This document shows, piece by piece, positions 32,691 through 40,529 of a stretch of DNA of 64,000 nucleotides. Positions within the stretch are counted from its first letter, which is position 1. Each line of letters starts with the position of its first letter. The DNA comes from Rhodospirillaceae bacterium (lineage in GTDB: Bacteria > Pseudomonadota > Alphaproteobacteria > Kiloniellales > DSM-21159), in the NCBI GenBank assembly GCA_006969625.1, contig CP030885.1:1869430-1933429 (forward strand), given 5' to 3'. Under the pieces are notes generated by a model. The model saw nothing but the letters and a program-made list of their open reading frames with translations. It had not been told where the DNA came from and ran no database searches. The position numbers were made by a program, and so were the translations under genes.

Positions 32691-34223
32691 ATGGACGTCC
32701 TGACTCTGCTGGCGGAAGGCTTCGTCGTCTCCCTCAGCCCGCTCAACCTGGCCGTGGTGATCGTCGGCGTCACGGTCGGCCTGTTCATCGGCGCCATGCC
32801 CGGGCTCGGCTCGGTGAACGGCGTCGCCATCCTGCTGCCGATGACCTTCCTGGTGCCGCCGGCCTCAGCCATCATCTTCCTGGCGGCGATCTACTACGGT
32901 GCCATGTACGGCGGCGCCATCTCCTCGATTCTCCTCGGCATACCCGGCGCCTCGACCGCGGTCGCGACGACCTTCGACGGGCGGCCGCTGGCGCAGAAGG
33001 GCAAGGCCGGCCTGGCCTTGATCGCCGCCGCCGCCGGCTCCTTCGTCGGCGGCACCATCTCGGTGATCCTCTTCACGTTGTTCGCCGTGCCGCTTGCGGA
33101 CGTGGCGCTCGCCTTCGGCCCGGCCGAGGAGTTCGCCCTCGTCCTGCTCGCCTTCACCACCTTCGTCGCCCTCGGCGGCGACGACGTGCTGAAGACGATC
33201 ATCACCATCGTGCTCGGCCTGGTGCTCTCGACCGTCGGCCTCGACCTGATCTCCGGGCAGCCGCGGCTGATCTTCGGCGACCTGCCGGGCTTCTACTCCG
33301 GCATCTCCTTCCTGGTGCTGGCGATCGGCATCTACGGCGTCGGCGAGATCCTCTGGACCATCGAGCAGACCCGCCACAAGCCGCACGTCACGCCGGCGCG
33401 CATCGGTGTGCGCGACCTGCTGGCCGGGCTGCGCAGCCTCGGCGGCTCGGTCAAGGCGATGCTCAGCGGCTCCTTCCTCGGCTACTTCGTGGGCATGCTG
33501 CCGGCAGCCGGTGCGACGCCGGCCTCGCTGATGGCCTACGGCGTCGCCAAGACCACCTCGAAGCACCCCGAGGAATTCGGCAAGGGCGCGGTCGAGGGCG
33601 TGGTGGCGCCGGAGACGGCGAACAACGCGGCCAGCACCGGCTCGCTGCTGCCGATGCTGACGCTGGGCATCCCCGGCTCGCCGACCACGGCGCTGCTGCT
33701 CGGCGGCATGGTGATGTGGGGCCTGATGCCCGGTCCCATGCTGTTCCTGGAGGAGCCGGAGTTCGTCTGGGGTCTGATCTCCAGCCTCTACACCGCCAAC
33801 TTCTTTGCCGTGGCGATCAACCTGGCGCTGATCCCGCTGTTCGTCTGGTCGCTGCGCATGCCGCTGCACGTGCTCTGCGCCATGGTCATCGTGCTGTGCA
33901 TCGTCGGCGGCTATGCCCCCGACCAGCGCATGCACGACGTCTGGCTGATCGCGGTCTTCGGCATCGCCGGCTACCTGCTGCGCAAGCTCGACTACCCCCT
34001 GGCGCCGCTGGTGCTGGCCCTGGTGCTCGGCCCGCTGATGGAGAAGTCGATGCGCCAGGCGCTGATCTCGGCCCAGGGCGACCCCATGACCTTCATCGAG
34101 CGGCCGATCTCCGGCACTTTCGTGGCCATCGCCGTCGTGTTGTTCCTTCTGCCGCTGGTGCGTAGATTGCGGCGGCGCCTCGCCGGCTCCGGCACGCCCG
34201 CCTCCGGCCGCACCTCGGCCTAG
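32691..34223 (+). CDS. tctA: tripartite tricarboxylate transporter large permease
   Basis: 510 aa, polytopic. GAMPGLGSVNGVAILLP and ETANNAASTGSLLPMLTLGIPGS are TctA motifs. Confidence 0.88.
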   Translation: MDVLTLLAEGFVVSLSPLNLAVVIVGVTVGLFIGAMPGLGSVNGVAILLPMTFLVPPASAIIFLAAIYYGAMYGGAISSILLGIPGASTAVATTFDGRPLAQKGKAGLALIAAAAGSFVGGTISVILFTLFAVPLADVALAFGPAEEFALVLLAFTTFVALGGDDVLKTIITIVLGLVLSTVGLDLISGQPRLIFGDLPGFYSGISFLVLAIGIYGVGEILWTIEQTRHKPHVTPARIGVRDLLAGLRSLGGSVKAMLSGSFLGYFVGMLPAAGATPASLMAYGVAKTTSKHPEEFGKGAVEGVVAPETANNAASTGSLLPMLTLGIPGSPTTALLLGGMVMWGLMPGPMLFLEEPEFVWGLISSLYTANFFAVAINLALIPLFVWSLRMPLHVLCAMVIVLCIVGGYAPDQRMHDVWLIAVFGIAGYLLRKLDYPLAPLVLALVLGPLMEKSMRQALISAQGDPMTFIERPISGTFVAIAVVLFLLPLVRRLRRRLAGSGTPASGRTSA

Positions 34224-34271
34224 AGCGCAGCCAGAACCGCAACAACCGAGAAGAAGCCTTCAGGGGAAGAC

Positions 34272-35813
34272 ATGTCCGATACGATCTGGGATCTGCTCGC
34301 GCCGCATCCGGCGGACGCGAAGGCGGTCGGCGCGGCCGATCGGGAGTGGTTGACGCACGGCGGTCTGCGCGACCTGGCCGAGGCCACGATCGCCCGCCTC
34401 AACGACTTGGGCATCGGGCGCGCTGACCGGGTCGCCATCGTCCTGCCGAACGGACCGGAGATGGCGACCGCCTTCGTCGCCATGGCGTGCGGCGTCACCA
34501 CGGCGCCGCTGAACCCGGCCTACCGCGAGGAGGAGTACGACTTCTACATCACCGACCTGGGCGCCAAGGCGCTGGTCGTCGCGGCCGACTACGACGGGCC
34601 GGCGCTGCCGGTGGCGGCCAAGCACGGGGTGCGGGTCTTGCGCCTGACCAGTGCCGCCGACAAGCCGGCCGGCTGGTTCGAGCTGGCAGCCGAAGGGCAG
34701 GGCGATACCGGCACCGCCGACTCGCCCGGCTTGGCCTCCCAGGACGATGTGGCGCTGGTGCTGCACACCTCCGGCACCACCTCGCGGCCGAAGATCGTGC
34801 CGCTGCTGCAGAGCAACCTGGCGGCTTCGGCCCGGCACATCGGCGCGGCACTGCGGCTGACGCCCGAAGACCGCTGCCTCAACATCATGCCGCTGTTCCA
34901 CATCCACGGCCTGATCGCCGCGGTGCTCTCCTCGCTGGCGGCCGGCGGCTCGATCTGGTGTTCGCCGGGCTTCAACGCGCTGCAGGTCTTCGCCTGGCTG
35001 CAGGCGGCCAGGCCGACCTGGTACACCGCCGTGCCGACGATGCATCAGGCGATCCTGGCGCGCGCCGCGCGCAACAAGCAGGCGCTGGCCGAGATCGACC
35101 TGCGCCTGATCCGCTCCTCCTCCTCCTCGCTGCCGCCGCAGGTGATGACGGCGCTCGAGGAAACCTTCGGCTGCCCGGTGATCGAGAGCTACGGCATGAC
35201 CGAGGCGACGCACCAGATGGCCTCCAACCAGTTGCCGCCGGGCCAGCGCAAGCCGGGCTCGGTGGGCGTCGAGGCCGGTCCGTTGGTACGCTTGGCCGAC
35301 GAGGCCGAGAACCGCCTGATCGACTCGAGCGGCATCGGCGAGGTGGTGATCTCCGGCCCCAACGTGACGCCCGGCTACGAGGCCAACCCGGCGGCCAACG
35401 AGACCTCCTTCTTCGCGTGCGACGGTCGCCGCTGGTTCCGCACCGGCGACCAGGGCAGCTTCGACGCCGACGGCTTCCTGCGCATCACCGGCCGCCTGAA
35501 GGAGATCATCAACCGCGGCGGCGAGAAGGTCTCGCCGCTGGAGGTGGACGAGGTGCTGATGGACCATCCCGCCGTCGCCCAGTGCGTCACCTTCGCCATG
35601 CCGCACCCCAAGCTGGGCGAGGAGGTCGCCGCCGCCGTGGTGCTGCGCGAGGGCGAGAGCGCCGACGAGCGGGCGATCCGCGACTTCGCCGCCCAGCGCC
35701 TGGCCGACTTCAAGGTGCCGCGCAAGGTGATGATCCTGGAGGAGATCCCCAAGGGCGCCACCGGCAAGCTGCAGCGCATCGGGCTGGCCGAGAAGCTGGG
35801 GCTGGCGTCATGA
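34272..35813 (+). CDS. AMP-dependent acyl-CoA synthetase/ligase (AAE3 / oxalate-CoA-ligase-like)
   Basis: 513 aa. AMP-binding motif LHTSGTTSRPK, YGMTEA, GEVVISGPNVTPGY, and a C-terminal PKGATGKLQR. The substrate is not determinable from sequence alone. Confidence 0.8.
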   Translation: MSDTIWDLLAPHPADAKAVGAADREWLTHGGLRDLAEATIARLNDLGIGRADRVAIVLPNGPEMATAFVAMACGVTTAPLNPAYREEEYDFYITDLGAKALVVAADYDGPALPVAAKHGVRVLRLTSAADKPAGWFELAAEGQGDTGTADSPGLASQDDVALVLHTSGTTSRPKIVPLLQSNLAASARHIGAALRLTPEDRCLNIMPLFHIHGLIAAVLSSLAAGGSIWCSPGFNALQVFAWLQAARPTWYTAVPTMHQAILARAARNKQALAEIDLRLIRSSSSSLPPQVMTALEETFGCPVIESYGMTEATHQMASNQLPPGQRKPGSVGVEAGPLVRLADEAENRLIDSSGIGEVVISGPNVTPGYEANPAANETSFFACDGRRWFRTGDQGSFDADGFLRITGRLKEIINRGGEKVSPLEVDEVLMDHPAVAQCVTFAMPHPKLGEEVAAAVVLREGESADERAIRDFAAQRLADFKVPRKVMILEEIPKGATGKLQRIGLAEKLGLAS

Positions 35814-36802
35814 AGATCTGCGTCTTCGGCGCCGGCGCCATCGGCGGCTACATGGGCGCCAAGCTGGCCCAGGCCGGCGCCGATCTCAGCCTGGTCGCGC
35901 GCGGCCCGCACCTGGCGGCGATGCGGGACAAGGGCCTGACCCTGATCGAGGCCGGCGAGTCGACGACCGTCGAGGTCGCCGCCTCGGAGGATCCGGCCGA
36001 ATTGGGCCCGCAGGACTACGTCATCGTCACCCTGAAGGCTCACTCGGTGCCGCCGGTGGTCGAGAAGATGCAGCCGCTGCTGGGACCGGACACCACCGTG
36101 GTGATGGGCGTCAACGGCGTGCCCTGGTGGTACTTCTACAAGCTGGAAGGGCCCTACGAGAACCGCCGGCTGCGCACGGTCGACCCGGGCGACGCCCAGT
36201 GGGACGGCCTCAAGCCGGAGCGCGTGCTCGGCTGCGTCGTCTATCCGGCCGCCGAGGTCGAGGAGCCGGGCGTCATCCGCCACATCGAGGGCAACCGCTT
36301 TTCGCTCGGCGAACCGGACGGCGCGAAGAGCGAGCGGGCGCAGGCCCTGTCCAAGGCGCTCGGCGCGGCTGGCCTGAAGGCGCCGGTGCGCCCGAAGATC
36401 CGCGACGAGATCTGGGTCAAGCTCTGGGGCAACCTCTCGTTCAATCCCATCTCGGCGCTGACCGGCGCCACCCTCGACGTGCTGTGCAGCGACGAGGGCG
36501 TCGGCGGCGGCACCCGGGCGGTCGCCCGCAACATGATGCTGGAGGCCCAGGCGGTGGCCGAGGCGTTGGGCGTGAAGTTCCCGATCGACGTCGACCGCCG
36601 CATCGAGGGCGGCCGGGAGGTGGGCGCGCACAAGACCTCCATGCTGCAGGACCTGGAGCGTGGCCGGCCGATGGAGATCGACGCCCTGGTCACCGCCGTG
36701 CACGAGATGGGCGAGCTGGTCGGCGTGCCGACCCCGACCCTCGACACGGTGCTCGCCCTGGTCCGCCTGCGCGCCCGCGTGGCGGGGTGCTATCCGGAGT
36801 AG
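35810..36802 (+). CDS. panE: 2-dehydropantoate 2-reductase (ketopantoate reductase family)
   Basis: MKICVFGAGAIGGYMGAKLAQAG Rossmann motif and a C-terminal ApbA_C pattern (KTSMLQDLERGRPMEIDAL). The ATG overlaps the stop of the ligase gene. Confidence 0.8.
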   Translation: MKICVFGAGAIGGYMGAKLAQAGADLSLVARGPHLAAMRDKGLTLIEAGESTTVEVAASEDPAELGPQDYVIVTLKAHSVPPVVEKMQPLLGPDTTVVMGVNGVPWWYFYKLEGPYENRRLRTVDPGDAQWDGLKPERVLGCVVYPAAEVEEPGVIRHIEGNRFSLGEPDGAKSERAQALSKALGAAGLKAPVRPKIRDEIWVKLWGNLSFNPISALTGATLDVLCSDEGVGGGTRAVARNMMLEAQAVAEALGVKFPIDVDRRIEGGREVGAHKTSMLQDLERGRPMEIDALVTAVHEMGELVGVPTPTLDTVLALVRLRARVAGCYPE

Positions 36803-36816
36803 CGGGGGCGCCCGAT

Positions 36817-36852
36817 CTGGCCTGGCTGCGCGGCGCAATCTATGATCGCGGC
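36817..36852 (+). promoter_or_regulatory. conserved A-gene upstream architecture CTGGCC-N18-TATGAT-N6-ATG (candidate promoter producing a leaderless or near-leaderless mRNA)
   Basis: Read directly from the sequence. The same spacing recurs upstream of every A gene. There is no SD sequence. Confidence 0.45.
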
Positions 36853-37860
36853 ATGCGCCGGTTTCTGCTCGCCCTCTGCCTGCCGATCGCGCTGGCCCTC
36901 GCCCCCGCCGCCGCGCCGGCCGAGCCTGTCGCGCCGCGCGACCGGGCGGTGCCGGAGGGCACCGAAGGGCTGAGCGGCGAGGAGATCTACTGGCGCGCGC
37001 TGGAGGCGGCGGAGGCGGGCGACAGCCTGCGCTACGAGCGGCTGCTGGCGGCGGCGGCGGACAAGGGCGACCGCTTCGCCGGCCAGGACCTCGTGCGCCT
37101 GCACTACCTGCGCGGCGCGCCGGATTGGCGGGAGACGGCGCTCCGCTACCTGCGCCCCATCCCCCGCGACCCGCTCGTCGACGAGCAACACCTCTACTGG
37201 CTGGCGGCGGCGGGCGAGCGCCGGGAGCCGCCGCTGCCGCAGGCCCAGACCGACCTCTGGTACCGGATCGCCGCCTGGTCCTCGACGGATCTGCTGTGGC
37301 CGAACCGCGCCGACCTGCAGACCAAGCTGGCGCGCGCCGAAGAGCGCTGGCTGCTCGGCGGCGAGATCTCCTGGCGCTACCGCGAGCTGGTCGGCGAGGC
37401 GCTGCGCCTGCGGCGCGCCGACGGCGCCCGCCTGTACGCGGCCAGCCGCACGGTCTGCGACGCCCCCCTCGAGGACGCCGAATTGCTGTGCATGCAGTAT
37501 CTCGAAGCGGCCGCGGACAAGGATCATGCAAAAGCGCAGTTCGCCTACGCATCCAGGGTCCTGGATGCCCCACCGTACACACACCACGATACGGTCATCG
37601 TCTGGGCGGTCGGCTTGCTTTGTCGCGCCGGACAGAGCGGGATTGCCGAAGCCACTATTCGATTGGCACAGGCAGTCTTGGAACTTGAGGTGGCGCCGTC
37701 GCGGTTTCGTCTACAAGCCTACCTGCAACTAGAAGCGCTAGGTGAACCGCCTGCAGACCTCGGCGGGTTGCAGGATTTGCTGCGGATGTCTCTTACGAAC
37801 GAGCAGCTCAAATGGCTCGCGGACATGGCGGCGTGGGGCCGGTCTGCACCGGGCTGTTGA
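36853..37860 (+). CDS. array protein A1: secreted helical (Sel1/TPR-like?) protein, class I
   Basis: 335 aa. Sec signal MRRFLLALCLPIALALAPAAAPA. Collinear with A2/A4 (TDLWYRIAAW, GGEISWRYRELVGEA, CMQYLEAAADKDHAKAQF, LLCRAGQSG). Four Cys in the mature part, including a C-terminal Cys. Confidence 0.75.
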   Translation: MRRFLLALCLPIALALAPAAAPAEPVAPRDRAVPEGTEGLSGEEIYWRALEAAEAGDSLRYERLLAAAADKGDRFAGQDLVRLHYLRGAPDWRETALRYLRPIPRDPLVDEQHLYWLAAAGERREPPLPQAQTDLWYRIAAWSSTDLLWPNRADLQTKLARAEERWLLGGEISWRYRELVGEALRLRRADGARLYAASRTVCDAPLEDAELLCMQYLEAAADKDHAKAQFAYASRVLDAPPYTHHDTVIVWAVGLLCRAGQSGIAEATIRLAQAVLELEVAPSRFRLQAYLQLEALGEPPADLGGLQDLLRMSLTNEQLKWLADMAAWGRSAPGC

Positions 37861-37890
37861 GTGCGGGCGCGACGTTCCGGCCCATCCAGA

Positions 37891-39282
37891 TCAAGCCACC
37901 GGATCTCCCCCGCAGTGCCGGGCGATCTCGCGCTTCAGTTCCTCCATCGCCGCCAGGGCTTCGGCGATCGCGGCGTTGAGCTCTTCGATCTGCTCCGTCA
38001 GCTCGCGCCGCCGTTGCTGCCATGCTTCGAGTGCCGCAGAGGTCTCGGCGATGTCCGGGTCCAGATAGGTCGACGAGGGTCCCGGTTGCGGGCGAAACGG
38101 CTCTTCCTTCTCTGACTGTTTACGGCGTTGCAGGGCCTCGACGCCACGCCCGACGACGACGGCCAGCCGGCCGTAGGGGTGCCTCGACAGCAGCCAGAGC
38201 CCGAGGTCGATCGCCAATTCCAGCGCACCCAAGGCCGCTTGCGTTCGTCGGTAAGCTTGCCAAAGCCTCTCGAGCTCCTGTTCGAGCCGCGTTACCTCTT
38301 TCTGAGCTTTGTCGAGCAGTTCGGGCAGGCCTTTCTTCTTTTCCAGCGCCGTCTCGTATTCGCCCTCGCGCACGCGCAGTTCGTGCCGCAGGGCGCGGCA
38401 TTTCGCAGCACGGTCCGGCCCGTCCGGATGCTGGTCGCCGGGCGGCTTCGGCTTGACGCCGCCGGAGCCCGGCGCGTCGGGCTGCTCCGGCGTGCCCGGT
38501 TCCTCGGGCGGCGCCGGCGGGTTGGGCGTTGGCTCGGGTGTCGGATGTGGCTCCGGCGTTGGCTCCGGCTCCGGCGGCGTGTCGGCGTCCCGTTCGGGCG
38601 CCTGGAGTGGCAGGCCGGCGGCTTGGGCGAGGCTGCGCAGGGTCGGACCGTCGGGAGTGACGAGTCCGTCGACCATCAGGCCGTGCGCCTGCTGGAAGGC
38701 GCGGATGGCGGCGTCGAGGGCCTCGGTGACCTGCCCGCTCGGCTCGTGCGGCGGCTGCCAGTGGTACCAGCCGGTCCCCGCCAGGGCCTTCTGCAGGCCG
38801 ACCACGTCGCGCCGGGCGTTGCCGGGGGTGTTGACGGGAGCGTTGCCGGGGCGCCGGGAGCCGGCCGCCTGCGGCGCGGCGCCGCCGGTCGAAACGCTGC
38901 GGCCGACGGGCCCGCGCGGGTGCAGGTCCTGGGGCTTCGGCTCGGGGGCGAACCAGTCGAGCCCGCGGCGGCCCTCGGCGTACTCGGGCTTGGGCGCGGT
39001 CTCGCGCTGCCGGCCGGTAGCGTCCCGCTGGACCTTGCCGCTGCCGTAAACCTGGGCGTACTGGCGCCGGACGTACTGAAAATAATCCTCGTCCTGGTCC
39101 TGCCAGTACAGCGGGTCGGCCACCAGGCCGGTCAGCGCCCGCTCGATCGGCGTCGGTTCCTCGGGCCGCCGCCGGCGCCGTGCGGCGCGCGGGGCATAGG
39201 GATCGTAGGGATCGTCGGGATCGCCGCGCGAACGGCCACTGGAATCGGGGGCGAGGGGAGATCGAAAGCTGCCGCGGGCCAT
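37891..39282 (-). CDS. array protein B1: conserved N-region + PG_binding_1-like segment + PEPT linker + class I variable helical C-module
   Basis: Start favoured at MARGSFRSP (ATG 39282, GGAG 8 nt upstream); the track ORF begins at GTG 39333. RRDVVGLQKALAGTGWYHWQPPHEPSGQVTEALDAAIRAFQQAHGLMVDGLVTPDGPTLRSL resembles a peptidoglycan-binding repeat. The C-terminal 170 aa have heptad-like, charged coiled-coil character. Confidence 0.75.
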   Translation of the reverse strand: MARGSFRSPLAPDSSGRSRGDPDDPYDPYAPRAARRRRRPEEPTPIERALTGLVADPLYWQDQDEDYFQYVRRQYAQVYGSGKVQRDATGRQRETAPKPEYAEGRRGLDWFAPEPKPQDLHPRGPVGRSVSTGGAAPQAAGSRRPGNAPVNTPGNARRDVVGLQKALAGTGWYHWQPPHEPSGQVTEALDAAIRAFQQAHGLMVDGLVTPDGPTLRSLAQAAGLPLQAPERDADTPPEPEPTPEPHPTPEPTPNPPAPPEEPGTPEQPDAPGSGGVKPKPPGDQHPDGPDRAAKCRALRHELRVREGEYETALEKKKGLPELLDKAQKEVTRLEQELERLWQAYRRTQAALGALELAIDLGLWLLSRHPYGRLAVVVGRGVEALQRRKQSEKEEPFRPQPGPSSTYLDPDIAETSAALEAWQQRRRELTEQIEELNAAIAEALAAMEELKREIARHCGGDPVA

Positions 39283-39428
39283 GGTCCTGCTCCGGGTCGG
39301 TGGCACAGAGGGCATGGACCATAGCAAGAACACTCATCCAAGAGAAGAACAAAAAGGCATCAACTTGCGCGGCGGGAATCCGGCCGTCGGCGGCAGTTGG
39401 CCGGTGGTGTCGCGCGTGCGCTTGTCGT

Positions 39429-39464
39429 CTGGCAGAGCATGGCGCTGCGACCTATAGTGGCGGC
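39429..39464 (+). promoter_or_regulatory. conserved A-gene upstream architecture CTGGCA-N18-TATAGT-N6-ATG
   Basis: Read directly from the sequence. Same layout as upstream of A1, A3 and A5. A duplicate lies at 44295..44330. Confidence 0.45.
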
Positions 39465-40508
39465 ATGCTTCGCACGCTCGCCCGGAGCCTGGCACCGTTG
39501 ATCGCGGCCGTGTGGCTGGCCGCGGACCTTGGCGTGCCCGCGCAGGCCGAGCAAACCACGCCGCAGCCCGAGCCGCCGCGCGACCAAGTGGTGCCGGAGG
39601 GGATCGAGGGGCTGACGGCCGAGGAGATTGCTGAGTTAGCGATCGAGGCGGCACAGGCCGGGGACACCGAGCGCTATCTCGAACTCCTGGCGGCAGCGGC
39701 CTACGCTGGCGATGCACACTCCGCACGTCAGATGGCGCGCTTGGCATATGGGCGCCAGTGGCCGGGCTGGCCAGAGACGGCGCTTCGCTACGTCCGACCT
39801 ATTGCCGATGGTGCTGTTCTGAAGGCTGAATCCTTCTATTGGTTGGGATTCGCCGGGGAGAACGCCATCCCGTCTCTGCCCGAGGAACAAACCGATCTCT
39901 GGTACCGGATCGCCGCTTGGCACATGGCGAACAGCTACGGGGACAGCCGTGCCGACCTGCAAGTGCTTCTCGACCATTATGGAGAGGACTGGCTGAGCGG
40001 CGGCGAGGTTTCGTGGCGGTTTCGCGAGCTGGTGGGCGAAGCCTACGCGTTTCAGGCCAAGAGCGGGTCCTGGTTCTACGAGCAAGCTCTCAGCTATTGC
40101 AGCATGGCCCTCGAGCATGCAGGGATCCTCTGCCTGGACTATTTGGAGGTTGCGGCGCGAAAGGACCACCCGCGCGCGCAGTTCGACTTCGCTTGGCAGG
40201 TGTTGAACGCCTCGCCGGAGACAGCGTCGGAATCACGTCGGGCATGGGCGATGTCGCTCTTGTGTTTGAGCGGACAAAGCGGGGTCCGTGAAGCCACCAT
40301 CCTGCTGGCCCGAAAGATCGTCGAGAACGATCTCGGAGAAGGCCACTTCCGACCGCAAGCCTACTATCAGATTGGATTGATCGAGGAGCGAAATGAAGAG
40401 CTGGAGGAGCTTTTTCTGGAAATCGATAAGCGATTAAGTCACAATGAGCGATGGCAGTTGGAATACTCATATAAAAACGCCTTTCCCATTTCATGCTCAC
40501 ATCGCTGA
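39465..40508 (+). CDS. array protein A2: secreted helical protein, class I (identical to A4)
   Basis: 347 aa. Signal MLRTLARSLAPLIAAVWLAADLGVPAQA. Collinear with A1. Noticeably more AT-rich at its 3' end. Confidence 0.75.
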   Translation: MLRTLARSLAPLIAAVWLAADLGVPAQAEQTTPQPEPPRDQVVPEGIEGLTAEEIAELAIEAAQAGDTERYLELLAAAAYAGDAHSARQMARLAYGRQWPGWPETALRYVRPIADGAVLKAESFYWLGFAGENAIPSLPEEQTDLWYRIAAWHMANSYGDSRADLQVLLDHYGEDWLSGGEVSWRFRELVGEAYAFQAKSGSWFYEQALSYCSMALEHAGILCLDYLEVAARKDHPRAQFDFAWQVLNASPETASESRRAWAMSLLCLSGQSGVREATILLARKIVENDLGEGHFRPQAYYQIGLIEERNEELEELFLEIDKRLSHNERWQLEYSYKNAFPISCSHR

Positions 40509-40529
40509 CGCTGGACCGATGGCCTGCGC

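Noticed and set aside
38440-38600. GGCTCCGGC / GGCGTTGGC repeats in each B gene (also 41100-41190, 43270-43380 and 48110-48220), which could be a tandem DNA repeat or a CRISPR.
   Set aside because: They are the coding sequence of the Pro/Glu/Thr (PEPT) linker on the minus strand. Their length varies between copies as expected for a low-complexity linker, and they are not a separate element.
39130-39282. The RRRRRP stretch near the B N-terminus as a possible twin-arginine (Tat) signal.
   Set aside because: There is no S/T-R-R-x-F-L-K-like context and no hydrophobic h-region or A-x-A cleavage site afterwards. The following sequence is acidic and proline-rich.
39429-39445. TGGCAGAGCATGGCG upstream of A2 as a sigma-54 (-24 GG / -12 GC) promoter.
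   Set aside because: The spacing and the -12 element do not fit TGGCAC-N5-TTGC. The equivalent positions upstream of A1 and A3 do not keep the pattern, whereas the N18/-10-like/N6 layout is conserved.
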